Virus record (IMG/VR): IMGVR_UViG_3300025118_000012
Coordinates: 1-63,205 of that record
Length of the DNA: 63,205 bases
Source: a virus
Lineage: Duplodnaviria; Caudoviricetes
Direction: 5' to 3' (one strand)
Made by a program: the position numbers and the translations under genes. This document shows, piece by piece, positions 29,387 to 39,492 of the stretch (the stretch's first letter is position 1; each line of letters begins with the position of its first letter). The notes beneath the pieces were generated by a model. It was not told where the DNA came from, did no database searches, and was given only the letters and a program-made list of their open reading frames with translations.

Positions 29387-29819
29387 ACCGCTAGTAAACG
29401 TTTTACCAATAGAACCTAAAGATATAGAAAGGTTTTGGCCTCTTATGGAATTTATGATTGCTGAAGCTTTAGCATTTTCAGGAAAATACGCTGATGTAGA
29501 ATATTTTTATAGAGAATTAAAAAAAGACACAATGCAATGTTGGTTGATGTTTGGCTCTGACGAAGATGAAGAAAATAAAGTTTTTGGAGTTTGTATTGGT
29601 AGAATTTCACAACTTCCTAATTACTCTCAATATGAAATTACAATTTGTACTGGTAAAAGAAGAGAGCTATGGGAACATCAATTAGTTAAAGCAATAACAG
29701 ATTTTGCTAAAGTTAATAAATGTAAAAGATTAAGTATAATGGCCAGACCTGGTTGGGAAAGAGTATCTAAACAATGGGGATGGAAAAAGAAACACGTACA
29801 ACTAGAGAAATGGATATAA
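29358..29819 (+). CDS. GNAT-like head assembly protein (positional analogue of P22 gp14 / T7 gp13)
   Basis: FAKVNKCKRLSIMARPGWERV; precedes ejection genes. Confidence 0.6.
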   Translation: MAIASKKRIKPLVNVLPIEPKDIERFWPLMEFMIAEALAFSGKYADVEYFYRELKKDTMQCWLMFGSDEDEENKVFGVCIGRISQLPNYSQYEITICTGKRRELWEHQLVKAITDFAKVNKCKRLSIMARPGWERVSKQWGWKKKHVQLEKWI

Positions 29820-29820
29820 T

Positions 29821-30666
29821 ATGAGTTTTTTTGGAGGAGGAAGATCTAGCGCACCAACGACACCATCAACGCAAACACAAATAATGCGTGAGGCTCCTGG
29901 TATTGAAGAAAGAAAAATTGAATTAATGGATATAGCGAGACAAGTCGCTAATCAACCCATAAACCTTCCTGATATTCAAGTATCTCCTTTTTCAGCAATG
30001 GAGCAAGCTGGACTTACAAAAGCTGGAACTACAGGAGTTGGAGCAGGAGCTACGACTGCAGGAATAGGACAAGTTCTTGGAGCTGCGGCACCCGTTGGAG
30101 CTTCTCAAATTTCACAATACTTAAATCCATATCAATCATATGTTACTGGAGAGATTGGAAGACAAGGACAGATGATGCAAAACCAATTAGGTGCACAAGC
30201 TGTAGGCGCAGGCGCATTTGGTGGAGGAAGAGAAGGTGTTCAGCAAGCAGAATTACAAAGAAGAACTTTAGAACAAATGGGTAAGGCTCAACAAGCAGGT
30301 TTTACAACAGCACTAGGAGCTGCTCAAAGACAACAACAAGTTGGTTTAGCAGCAGGTCAACAATTAGGTCAATTAGGATTGCAACAGCAACAAATGGCTT
30401 CAGGTGATATAAATCAATTAATGCAAGCGGGTGGTGTTCAAAGACAATTAGCTCAGGCAACTTTAGATGCGCAAAGACAAAGTACATTACAACAACAATA
30501 TGAACCTTACCAAAGAGCAGAATTTTTAGCTAACCTATATGCTGCTGGACCTAAAACACAATCAGGTGTAACGATGGGAACTACACCTTCAACAAGCCCA
30601 TTAGCACAATCTATAGGAACAGGAATAGGAGCATTCGCAGCTTATCAAGGCGCACAACAAGCATAG
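29821..30666 (+). CDS. DNA ejection protein
   Basis: Gln/Ala/Gly-rich, YLNPY, GAFGGGREGV. Confidence 0.7.
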   Translation: MSFFGGGRSSAPTTPSTQTQIMREAPGIEERKIELMDIARQVANQPINLPDIQVSPFSAMEQAGLTKAGTTGVGAGATTAGIGQVLGAAAPVGASQISQYLNPYQSYVTGEIGRQGQMMQNQLGAQAVGAGAFGGGREGVQQAELQRRTLEQMGKAQQAGFTTALGAAQRQQQVGLAAGQQLGQLGLQQQQMASGDINQLMQAGGVQRQLAQATLDAQRQSTLQQQYEPYQRAEFLANLYAAGPKTQSGVTMGTTPSTSPLAQSIGTGIGAFAAYQGAQQA

Positions 30667-30674
30667 GAGATTAA

Positions 30675-32909
30675 ATGAACCAAGTTTTAAATAGACCTAT
30701 GTTTCGTCAGACAGCACTTCGTAAAGGTCACTTAACACCTGTACGTGCAAATACAGGAGTTATGATAGGACAACCTTATGGTCCACCCGGTCCTTTCAAA
30801 CCACCCTCAACTCAAATAGCTCCTTGGTATCAAAGACTTAAAGCAGATTTTTTAAATTCTAGACAAGGAATTCAACAAGTATTAAAAGGCCATAAAGGAG
30901 CTAATCCTTTAGGATCAGGAAGAGGGCTTGCAGCCGCAACAGGTTATTTGGGTGTTGAGGATTTAGTAAGTAGATTTACAGGATCCCCTTATGGCAGGAG
31001 TATTTTTGAACAATATGGTGTGGAGCCCGGTTTAAAAAAAGTGGCACTAGATACAGGAATAGCAGCAGCATTATCTTTTAATCCTATAACAGGGCCAGTA
31101 GCAAGAGGTGTAGGACTAGGATGGACAGGAGCTAAATTAGGTAAAAAATATCTTTATGACCCAGCAAAAAATTGGTTGTCGGGAATGCCCACTGGAGATC
31201 TTGATACAAAATGGGGAATAGAAGAAGGCCAAAAGATGGTAGATCTAAGTGGAAAGGAACAACCTAAAACAGCAATCCAAATTAAAAAAGAAGTTGAAAA
31301 TATTGGGCCCAAGAGAAAACATAACAGAGTTGGTTTTGGTAATAAACTAACACAAACTGACAATGAATCAAAAGTTGTGGATGGAGCGGTAGATGTTAAT
31401 AAAGTTATAGATAACAACATAGCTTCTATGCTACCAGAAGGTGGAGGGGTAGATGCGTCAAAATCAACATATGGAAAACCTAAATCTAACTACCCTGAAG
31501 ATGAAGAGCTTATTGCAGTATCCGACAAAGAAAAAATAACTGATAAAAAGGCAAATCTGAATGTTGTAAAAAAAGCTAATGCAGTAAATAATGAATTAGA
31601 TAAACCGGGTAAAATAAAAGCAGGGGATGGCACAGAGGTTAATACTGAAGTAATTGACCTTGCAAGAAAATATAGAAAAGAATTAATGGCAGGACAAAAA
31701 TCTCAAGCTGGTTTAGTCTTTTTAGCAAACCTAGCTTCAGGTTTACTTTCAGGAACAACTGCAAAAGCTGGAGTAGGGGGAGCTTTAGAAGTATTAGGTA
31801 AAGCTTTAGGCCCTGCAGTTAACAACTATGCAACTATTAAATTAAAAGAAAACGAACTATCCAACAGTTTTATGTCAGACGCTTTAGAATTAGCAGGAGA
31901 TGAGATTGAAAGAGCAAATGAAATAATAGAATTTAAAATGCCAGAGTACCCAGATGGTGATCCAGGAGTTATTCAAATGTTTGACAGAAATAACCAAATT
32001 GTAAATATGCGTGGTATTAGATTAAAAGATGGTACTGTACAAGTAGCTATGCCTGGCATGAAAGATCAATTTGGTCATAACGTTTATCAAACAATGGTAA
32101 CAGGTTCGTTTAACAGATTTATGCCAAATAGTGAGTTAGATCCAAAAGCTATAGATACTCTTCTAGAATTAGACCAAAAATACAAAGCATACAAATACGG
32201 TGAAACATCTTACAATTTAGTTAAATCATTTGCAGATAAAGGTATCACGGGTGCAGGTCCAGTTGGTAGATTAAATTTAGTTAAAAGTAGATTAGGGGAA
32301 GCTATGTATGACTTAACAGGTATGAATATGTTTACAAACACTGATGATGCATTCCGAAAAGCTGATGAATACAAACAAATGTTAATAGATGATTATATGG
32401 AACAAAACGATGCAACTGAAAAAACAGCTAGAAAATGGGTTGAAAAAGAATTTGGTGAATTTAATTTAGGTAGTGGCGCACAAAATAAACTTACAAAGGC
32501 AATATCAGAATATACTGGAGAAGCTGACGCACAAAAATTATCTCAATTAGCTATTAACGAAACTGTCATGGTTTACGCATTAGCGAACTCATTAAAATCA
32601 AAAGACAGGTTAACTGCTAAAGATATTAAAATGGCTAAAGATCTAGTAAATATCTTCCCGTGGTTTAGAGGTCAAAAAGCAGTTATGAGAGATCTTAAAT
32701 CAGTTAATAATACAATTTTACAAGATATTAAATCTTTGGAAAATACTTATGTTATGGGTTTAATGGGAGAAACTTCTACTATTAACAAATACAGACGAAT
32801 ATATGGAATTGGCGTAGGTGCAGCAGATATGGCACCACAAGAAATACCTGGTTTTGATTGGGAAAATAAATCTGTTGAGGAAATGATGGCGGAAGGTTGG
32901 GGCTCATGA
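30675..32909 (+). CDS. Internal virion protein
   Basis: 744 aa, VLNRPMF start, in the ejection module. Confidence 0.6.
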   Translation: MNQVLNRPMFRQTALRKGHLTPVRANTGVMIGQPYGPPGPFKPPSTQIAPWYQRLKADFLNSRQGIQQVLKGHKGANPLGSGRGLAAATGYLGVEDLVSRFTGSPYGRSIFEQYGVEPGLKKVALDTGIAAALSFNPITGPVARGVGLGWTGAKLGKKYLYDPAKNWLSGMPTGDLDTKWGIEEGQKMVDLSGKEQPKTAIQIKKEVENIGPKRKHNRVGFGNKLTQTDNESKVVDGAVDVNKVIDNNIASMLPEGGGVDASKSTYGKPKSNYPEDEELIAVSDKEKITDKKANLNVVKKANAVNNELDKPGKIKAGDGTEVNTEVIDLARKYRKELMAGQKSQAGLVFLANLASGLLSGTTAKAGVGGALEVLGKALGPAVNNYATIKLKENELSNSFMSDALELAGDEIERANEIIEFKMPEYPDGDPGVIQMFDRNNQIVNMRGIRLKDGTVQVAMPGMKDQFGHNVYQTMVTGSFNRFMPNSELDPKAIDTLLELDQKYKAYKYGETSYNLVKSFADKGITGAGPVGRLNLVKSRLGEAMYDLTGMNMFTNTDDAFRKADEYKQMLIDDYMEQNDATEKTARKWVEKEFGEFNLGSGAQNKLTKAISEYTGEADAQKLSQLAINETVMVYALANSLKSKDRLTAKDIKMAKDLVNIFPWFRGQKAVMRDLKSVNNTILQDIKSLENTYVMGLMGETSTINKYRRIYGIGVGAADMAPQEIPGFDWENKSVEEMMAEGWGS

Positions 32910-35900
32910 CATTAGAAGAATTACAAAAAAAATTAGATGATAAATCTCTTGACCCATCAAGATTAGATAGAAAACAAAGATCTATAATTGATGAATTAAT
33001 TAAAAGAGGAGAATTAAAAGGTCCTAATATAAAAGAATTACAAGCAGAAAGAAACGCAGCAGCTAGAGCAATAGCTAGAAAAGAAGAATTTCATGCAGAT
33101 CCAATAGCCGCAGCTTTAGAAGCTGAGGATAGTTTTTTTAAAGGTAGACCAACTGCAGAACTTGCAGGTGACTTATCTGGTTCAATTGCACCTTACGTAG
33201 CTATGAGAAAAAAAATATTTGGTGCTGCTAAGAACGGTACTCTTTGGCAAAAAGGACCAGGAAAATTTTTACAATCAGCTACAAGAGTTGCTGATAAACT
33301 TCCTGGAAAATGGGGAAAAATAATAGGTGGTGCATTAAAATTAGTTGCAAGAACTGCAGACGTACCTGCTAAAGTTTGGGCTAGTCCTCTTGGTAAAGCA
33401 GAAATTTATTCTGTATTAGGTGGTTCTGCAGGAGCAGGAGCTGGTTCAATTACATATGATATGCTTAACGAGCAAGCAGGAGTAACAATTGCAAATTCAA
33501 TTACAGATGCATTTAGAGATATGCCTCAAAAAGAAATAGATCAAGACATTTTAAAAAATGCTTTTGAAGCTACAAAATATGCAGCAATGTGGAATGCAGG
33601 TGCAGCGGCATTAACCCCTTTTATATTAGGACCACTAGGTAAAGGAGTAGGAAAATTATTTGGAACTAAAGGTGAAAAAGCTGTGAGATTATCTGAGTAT
33701 GCAAAAGAAAAAGGTTTACCATTACCACTTATGACAGGTATTAAAGATGGTGTTCTTACAAACTTAGGTACGGGATATTTTAAAACGGTGGGTGTCTTTC
33801 CTTTTGTGTCTGGAATAGGAAGAAAATCTTTACAAGGAGCTGAACAAGAAGCAAGTAAACAATATTTAGAAGGATTGGTAAAGTTTGCACCTTTAATGAA
33901 AACAGCAGCTCTTTCATCTTCTATCTATAACCAAGCCGCAAAAACTTTTGCAGATCACGTAGCCGTTATTGGTTCTAAATATCAAGCTTTTGAAAGATTT
34001 GCAGAAGCAGCAGGTAATCCAAGAGTAATAGGTTTAGATAAAACATCTAAAGCCGCAAAAGAAATGGTTGAAAACTACAGACAAATGTTTCCTGATATTC
34101 AATCTGCATTAGATACGCAAAGACGACTTGGACGTTCTATTGGTGACTTAGATATCAAAGCAATTGAAAAACATCTTACAGATGCAGGAGATCCTTTAAA
34201 TTTATTTATAAAATCCATTGTTGCTGTTGGAGAGAATGGTAAAATTACTCCTAAAGAATATGGGGGTATTATGAAAATGTTAAATAGAGCTATTGAAGGC
34301 TCTAACTTACAAATTCCAAATAAAACGGTTTGGGCATTAAGAGAAGCTTTAGAAGTAGATTTAAATTCTTTTGGAGCAAAGCTTACAAAAGATAACTTTT
34401 TAAAAGATGATGTTATAAAAGAAGGCTACGAACAAATGGTTAAACAAAGTGGTAAAGAATTTGCTGATGCTGATATGGCTTATAAAATTGGTCAAGGTAC
34501 ACAATTATATAGTAAATTAAAAGAAGCAAATTCTGCATTCTCAAGTATTATGGGATTTTACACAAAACAAACTTTACCTTCTCATTTTAAAAGATTTGAT
34601 ACTACTTTATTTACTGGAAGAGGTGTTAATGGAATTTTAGGTAAAGAAAGTATCCCTAGAGATCAAATGTTTAAGTCTATGGCTAGGGATGTTTTTGCGT
34701 CTAACTCAGAAGATGCAATTTTTCAATTTAAAAGAATTATAGGAGCTGAAGGTCCTAACGCAACAAAAAATGGTAAGCAATTATTTGAGGCAGCTAAAGC
34801 AAGATATATGTTTAATGCTTTTTTTAGTGCTTTTGATAGTGCAGGAAGTCCACAAGCTAAATCTATATTTAATGATGTAGCAATGGACGCATCAGTTAAA
34901 TCAGGTAATAAATATATGGCAGACGCAATGGAAGAATTTGGGGGAGCTGCTCAACAACGTTATAGAAATTTTTCAATTGAGGATGTTAGACTTAATAATG
35001 GTATTTATGATGTATCAAAAATAAGATTTGGTGTAGATGATATTGCTGATTTTAATATAAATAAATTTATGGATAATCTTGGAATTGGTAAAGCAACAGA
35101 AGATTTAGGAAGAGACAAGATGGCTGCAATTATAGGAAAAGGAAAACCTTTAGATGATTTTTATAAATTTACCGACTACATGAAAGCTATATCAGATATT
35201 GCAATATCAGATACATCTACATTCCTTCAAAGAAGATTTACACTTTCTGGAGGTAAAGGTGTTTTAACTGGTGTTGTAATTGGAGGGGGTATGGGTGCGG
35301 TTAATCCTCTTGCTCCATTAGTATTTTTAATGTTAGCGAGAAAAGCAGGAAGCATGTTAACGGATCCTGTTGCTTTAAGATATTTAAATGATGCACTTAG
35401 TGTTGATGAACAATTAAAAATTTTAAAAGGTCAAAAAATTAGAGGTCAAACTTATGGAAGAGGAGCAGTTCCAAAATGGACAGCTGCTGGATTAACTCAA
35501 AAAAGAGAAGCGTTTGCAAGATTGTGGAATTATATGGCTGATGAAGATAAAGATATGCCTAGAATTAATCCTAAAATGATTGACCCAATTAAAATACAAG
35601 AATTTTTACTTAGTCAACCTTTTGAAAGTCCTAAACCAAGATACGATGATAACACTTTACCTAAAAAAACAATTGAATCTATGTTTTCAGAAGATTTTAC
35701 AGGTAGCTCAGGAAATGTAGTAAAGGATAATCAAATAGTTGACTACGTTCGATCAACTGTAGGACATGAAATTGAATCGGATGTTGATCAAGAATCAAGA
35801 GAAGTGGAAGCTGAAAGAGCGAGTATTACAGAAGGTATGGAATTAGAAAATCCTGTACAAAGTCCACCGAACACCGGACAAGCTGGACAAGCTGGACAAC

Positions 35901-35986
35901 AAGTAAACGCACAACAGTTCCAAGCACTATTCCCTAACGATCCAACAGGTGCTGCAATAGCACAAAGAGCAACTAGACGTGCCTAA
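32906..35986 (+). CDS. Large internal virion / ejection protein
   Basis: About 1026 aa from the ATG at 32906; hydrophobic segments; ends FQALFPNDP. Confidence 0.65.
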   Translation: MTLEELQKKLDDKSLDPSRLDRKQRSIIDELIKRGELKGPNIKELQAERNAAARAIARKEEFHADPIAAALEAEDSFFKGRPTAELAGDLSGSIAPYVAMRKKIFGAAKNGTLWQKGPGKFLQSATRVADKLPGKWGKIIGGALKLVARTADVPAKVWASPLGKAEIYSVLGGSAGAGAGSITYDMLNEQAGVTIANSITDAFRDMPQKEIDQDILKNAFEATKYAAMWNAGAAALTPFILGPLGKGVGKLFGTKGEKAVRLSEYAKEKGLPLPLMTGIKDGVLTNLGTGYFKTVGVFPFVSGIGRKSLQGAEQEASKQYLEGLVKFAPLMKTAALSSSIYNQAAKTFADHVAVIGSKYQAFERFAEAAGNPRVIGLDKTSKAAKEMVENYRQMFPDIQSALDTQRRLGRSIGDLDIKAIEKHLTDAGDPLNLFIKSIVAVGENGKITPKEYGGIMKMLNRAIEGSNLQIPNKTVWALREALEVDLNSFGAKLTKDNFLKDDVIKEGYEQMVKQSGKEFADADMAYKIGQGTQLYSKLKEANSAFSSIMGFYTKQTLPSHFKRFDTTLFTGRGVNGILGKESIPRDQMFKSMARDVFASNSEDAIFQFKRIIGAEGPNATKNGKQLFEAAKARYMFNAFFSAFDSAGSPQAKSIFNDVAMDASVKSGNKYMADAMEEFGGAAQQRYRNFSIEDVRLNNGIYDVSKIRFGVDDIADFNINKFMDNLGIGKATEDLGRDKMAAIIGKGKPLDDFYKFTDYMKAISDIAISDTSTFLQRRFTLSGGKGVLTGVVIGGGMGAVNPLAPLVFLMLARKAGSMLTDPVALRYLNDALSVDEQLKILKGQKIRGQTYGRGAVPKWTAAGLTQKREAFARLWNYMADEDKDMPRINPKMIDPIKIQEFLLSQPFESPKPRYDDNTLPKKTIESMFSEDFTGSSGNVVKDNQIVDYVRSTVGHEIESDVDQESREVEAERASITEGMELENPVQSPPNTGQAGQAGQQVNAQQFQALFPNDPTGAAIAQRATRRA

Positions 35987-36176
35987 AGAAAACGCAATAC
36001 AGAAAATAGAATCACATGAAAAACTTTGCCGAATCATGCAAAAACAGACTCAAACTGAGATTAGAGAACTTCAAGCAAGTATACATCGTATAGAAAAAAT
36101 TTTATTGACATCAGCGGGTGTATTAATTACTGGTATGGCAGGAGTCATAATAGTATTAATAACAAAAGTCTGGTGA
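35979..36176 (+). CDS. Coiled-coil protein with C-terminal TM
   Basis: HEKLC...IEKILL followed by a TM segment. Confidence 0.65.
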   Translation: MPKENAIQKIESHEKLCRIMQKQTQTEIRELQASIHRIEKILLTSAGVLITGMAGVIIVLITKVW

Positions 36177-36829
36177 AATTAATTAAAAAATATCCCTATA
36201 AACATTACAATAGATTTTCAGATACGACTGGAAGAAAGTATCTGGTTGATAATATTAAAGTCCCAAGTGTGACAACCATATTAAGTGCCACTAAAGACAT
36301 GCGCCAACTTAATAATTGGCGCAGAAGAGTGGGCGAGAAGGAAGCAGACCGAATTATGAACCAAGCATCAACTATTGGAACCGAAATGCATAGGGTTCTG
36401 GAGTACCATTTAACAGGAGAAGGATATTATAATGACAGGGAGGAAGGCACAAAACCACGAATGATGGCTAAAACTATACTAGATAATATACAATTAGATG
36501 AAGTATGGGGGAATGAGATAAGCCTAGAATATCAAAATAAATTTGCAGGAACCTGTGATTTAACAGCTGTGGCTTATGGAAAACCAAGTATTGTGGACTG
36601 GAAACAGTCAAATAGGCCAAAAAAAGAGGAGTATGTAGAAGACTACAAATATCAGTTGGGTGCTTATTATTTAGCCCATACAGCGAATTACGGCCCCATA
36701 GAGCAGGGGGTAATCAGTATTTGTACCCGAGACCTTCAATATCAGGAATTTAAGCTATCAGAGCCTGAATTAATAGAATATGGGGATAAGTTTTTAGAAA
36801 GACTAGAGCAATTTAAAAAGCTACAATGA
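36173..36829 (+). CDS. PD-(D/E)XK exonuclease (Cas4/MGME1-like)
   Basis: PSVTTIL, GTEMH, E...AGTCD, IVDWKQS, QLGAY. Confidence 0.88.
   Translation: MKLIKKYPYKHYNRFSDTTGRKYLVDNIKVPSVTTILSATKDMRQLNNWRRRVGEKEADRIMNQASTIGTEMHRVLEYHLTGEGYYNDREEGTKPRMMAKTILDNIQLDEVWGNEISLEYQNKFAGTCDLTAVAYGKPSIVDWKQSNRPKKEEYVEDYKYQLGAYYLAHTANYGPIEQGVISICTRDLQYQEFKLSEPELIEYGDKFLERLEQFKKLQ
36814..36827 (+). repeat. 14-bp direct repeat, left flank of the hsp20 cassette
   Basis: TAAAAAGCTACAAT, identical to 37435-37448. Confidence 0.85.
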
Positions 36830-36840
36830 AGAAATAAGTA

Positions 36841-36868
36841 TTGCATTTCTTATAAAAGTCATTATATA
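36841..36868 (+). promoter_or_regulatory. Putative promoter of hsp20
   Basis: TTGCAT-N16-TATATA, then a hairpin and GGAGG RBS. Confidence 0.5.
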
Positions 36869-36925
36869 GGGCTTATAGGTGCCTTTAAGGGCCTATTTTA
36901 TTAACTGTCTAAACATGGAGGTTAA

Positions 36926-37384
36926 ATGACACTCAATAAACTAAAACTACCATCAATCTTTAATCAATTAAGACCTGTATCTATAGGTTTCGATAATATT
37001 TTCGATCATTTCGAAAAAATTTTGGATGACAGTGACGAATTCTTTCGTACACCTACAGCTACATTTCCTTTTTATAACATTGTAAAAACTGGAGGCACAA
37101 CTTACGACATAGAAGTTGCTCTTGCAGGTTACAGTAAGAAGGATATCAAAGTTGATTATACAGATAATCTATTAACAATTAAATCTGTTAAAGAAGTAAA
37201 CGATAGCAAAGAATCTAATGGAGTAATCCATAAAGGTATTGCTAAAAGATACTTCTCTAAAGTATTTACCATCGCTGATGATGTAGAAATCAAAGGTGCT
37301 GAGTTAAAAGATGGATTACTGAAAGTTTCTTTAAACAAGATTCTTCCAGAATCTAAAAAATCTAGATCAATCGAAGTTAAATAA
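36926..37384 (+). CDS. Small heat-shock protein Hsp20 (IbpA-like)
   Basis: IGFD, FPFYNI, IEVALAG, HKGIAKRYF, AELKDGLL, C-terminal IEV. Confidence 0.95.
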   Translation: MTLNKLKLPSIFNQLRPVSIGFDNIFDHFEKILDDSDEFFRTPTATFPFYNIVKTGGTTYDIEVALAGYSKKDIKVDYTDNLLTIKSVKEVNDSKESNGVIHKGIAKRYFSKVFTIADDVEIKGAELKDGLLKVSLNKILPESKKSRSIEVK

Positions 37385-37405
37385 TCTTTAACAATCAACA
37401 ACATG

Positions 37406-37428
37406 AGTAGGGCGCTCTGCGCCCTACT
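37406..37428. terminator. Hairpin between convergent hsp20 and helicase genes
   Basis: agtagggcgc-tct-gcgccctact. Confidence 0.75.
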
Positions 37429-37434
37429 TATAAA

Positions 37435-37448
37435 TAAAAAGCTACAAT
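37435..37448 (+). repeat. 14-bp direct repeat, right flank of the hsp20 cassette
   Basis: TAAAAAGCTACAAT; contains the helicase stop codon. Confidence 0.85.
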
Positions 37449-38869
37449 AACCAAGCTCTTAGGTCTTCTTCTCCTAAAGTTTTAGCTGCTATTTGTCCTT
37501 TGTTTACAAGAGACTTCATTATAGCTTCATCAAGAGTATTTTTTGCCACTATATCAATATATAACACGGATTCTTTTTGTCCCATTCTATGGGCTCTATC
37601 CTCAGATTGCATACGAACTTCTAGGTTGTAACTATTTGAATAGTAAATAACTGTAGTACATGCAGTTAAAGTTAATCCAAAACCTCCGGTGGTTGGGTTA
37701 CCCACTAAAAATCTCGTTTTTGAATCTGTCTGAATTCTATTAACAGCATCTTTTCTATCCATCACACTGACTTCTCCAAAAATACAGACGGTTGATTCGG
37801 GCCCATACTTATTTATAAGAAAGTTTTTAATTTCATGAATATTATATAAATAATTAGCCCAAATAATTACTTTACCACCTGTCTCCTCAAGAATTTCATC
37901 TAATGTATTTAATTTTTGTTTATGTAATCCAATTATTTTACCCTCATCATCTTTAGTAAACCCATTGCACACCTGGTGTAATTTAACAATTTCTGTTAAT
38001 TTATTGGAAAAAGAAATAGTGCTATCTTCTACAATAGCTAAAGCACTATGCCTTAATCTATCATATATTTTTTTATGTTCTCCTTCTAATTCAATATATC
38101 TTTTTTGACGAATCTTAGGTTTAAGATCTAAGCATTGGTCTTTTCTTATTCTAGTTGAAAAGAATTTTAATTTGGTTTCTAGTTCTTCTAACCTTTTGTA
38201 GTATTTTGGAACACTAATAAAACGACCAGAGCCTACTGGTATATCAGTCATTTCTGCATATCTATTTCTAAAAGCTAAGTAACTACCAAACCCTAATAAT
38301 TCTGGACTTAAAAACTGACATTGTGTATATAAATCCAATGGAGATTTTGTTATTGGCGATCCTGTTAGGATACGCCTTATATGCGACAGTTGTCTTAATC
38401 CTAAAATGTTCTTTGTTCTTTTTGCTGATTTATTTTTTATGGTGGTTGATTCATCCAGTACTACAAAATTTAGCTTATTTTTAGTTAAAAAATCTACGCA
38501 ACCATTAAATCCTCTTTTAGTTGATAAAGCCTCAACGTTAATTAGAAAGATTCTAAGATCCTTATATTCATTAAGTTTATAGTATTCACCAGGTTTATCT
38601 AAATTCCATTTATATATTTTATATTTTAATTGGTCTGGAAAATGAGTTTCTATCTCAGTTTCCCATACTGTATATACCGATTTAGGTGCAATGATTAATG
38701 TAGAGGTTATTTTTCTTTGAAAAAATAAATATGCAATATTGTCAAGAGTAACTTTTGTTTTACCCGTACCCATTTCCATGAAATAAGCCCATTGAACTTT
38801 TTCGGCTGATTGATTTAAAGCATCCCTCTGGTGCTGGTATGGCTTAGTCTTATACGGATATTTCCACAT
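37442..38869 (-). CDS. SNF2-family helicase
   Basis: MEMGTGKT, DEST, LTGSP, GGFGLTL, QSEDRAHRMGQ. Confidence 0.93.
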   Translation of the reverse strand: MWKYPYKTKPYQHQRDALNQSAEKVQWAYFMEMGTGKTKVTLDNIAYLFFQRKITSTLIIAPKSVYTVWETEIETHFPDQLKYKIYKWNLDKPGEYYKLNEYKDLRIFLINVEALSTKRGFNGCVDFLTKNKLNFVVLDESTTIKNKSAKRTKNILGLRQLSHIRRILTGSPITKSPLDLYTQCQFLSPELLGFGSYLAFRNRYAEMTDIPVGSGRFISVPKYYKRLEELETKLKFFSTRIRKDQCLDLKPKIRQKRYIELEGEHKKIYDRLRHSALAIVEDSTISFSNKLTEIVKLHQVCNGFTKDDEGKIIGLHKQKLNTLDEILEETGGKVIIWANYLYNIHEIKNFLINKYGPESTVCIFGEVSVMDRKDAVNRIQTDSKTRFLVGNPTTGGFGLTLTACTTVIYYSNSYNLEVRMQSEDRAHRMGQKESVLYIDIVAKNTLDEAIMKSLVNKGQIAAKTLGEEDLRAWLL

Positions 38870-38939
38870 CAGAAAAAATATATAATTTTTTTATTGCAAA
38901 TATCAAGAAGATAATTTAAGAGATCTCTAGGAGGAAAAT

Positions 38940-39482
38940 ATGGATATAGAAAAAATGTCATCCATTGACATTGATCAAGATAAAGTAAAATCAATATCGG
39001 ATAAATGTCACCAACTCAATGAACTCCAACAGCAACTAAAGGAAAAAGAAGAAATTCTTTCAAAACTTAAATTTAAAATTAAAGATTTTGAAGAACGAAT
39101 CATTCCCGAAATGATGCAGGAAGCAGGTGTATCTAAAATTAAATTAAAAGATGGCACCGAAGTAGAAGTTAAACCTTTCTACGCAGCAAAAATTCCTGAG
39201 TCACGTGTTGAAGAAGCTTTTGGCTGGTTAAGAAGCGAAGGCTTTGAGGACTTGATTAAAAATACTGTGACTGCTTCGTTTGGTCGTGGGCAAGATAATC
39301 AAGTTTCTGAACTTATAGGTGTCTGTGAAAAATTTGGTTTCAATTATAATAAAAAAGAAAAAGTTGAACCAATGACTTTAAAGGCATTTGTAAAAGAACA
39401 AGTTGAAGGTGGTAAGAAATTACCATTTGATTTGTTTGGGGTATATATTGCAAATAAAACGAAAATAACAAATAACAAATAA
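38940..39482 (+). CDS. Replication-module hypothetical protein
   Basis: AFGWLR...LIKN, VEPMTLKAFVKE; AGGAGG RBS. Confidence 0.75.
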   Translation: MDIEKMSSIDIDQDKVKSISDKCHQLNELQQQLKEKEEILSKLKFKIKDFEERIIPEMMQEAGVSKIKLKDGTEVEVKPFYAAKIPESRVEEAFGWLRSEGFEDLIKNTVTASFGRGQDNQVSELIGVCEKFGFNYNKKEKVEPMTLKAFVKEQVEGGKKLPFDLFGVYIANKTKITNNK

Positions 39483-39492
39483 GGAGTATAAC

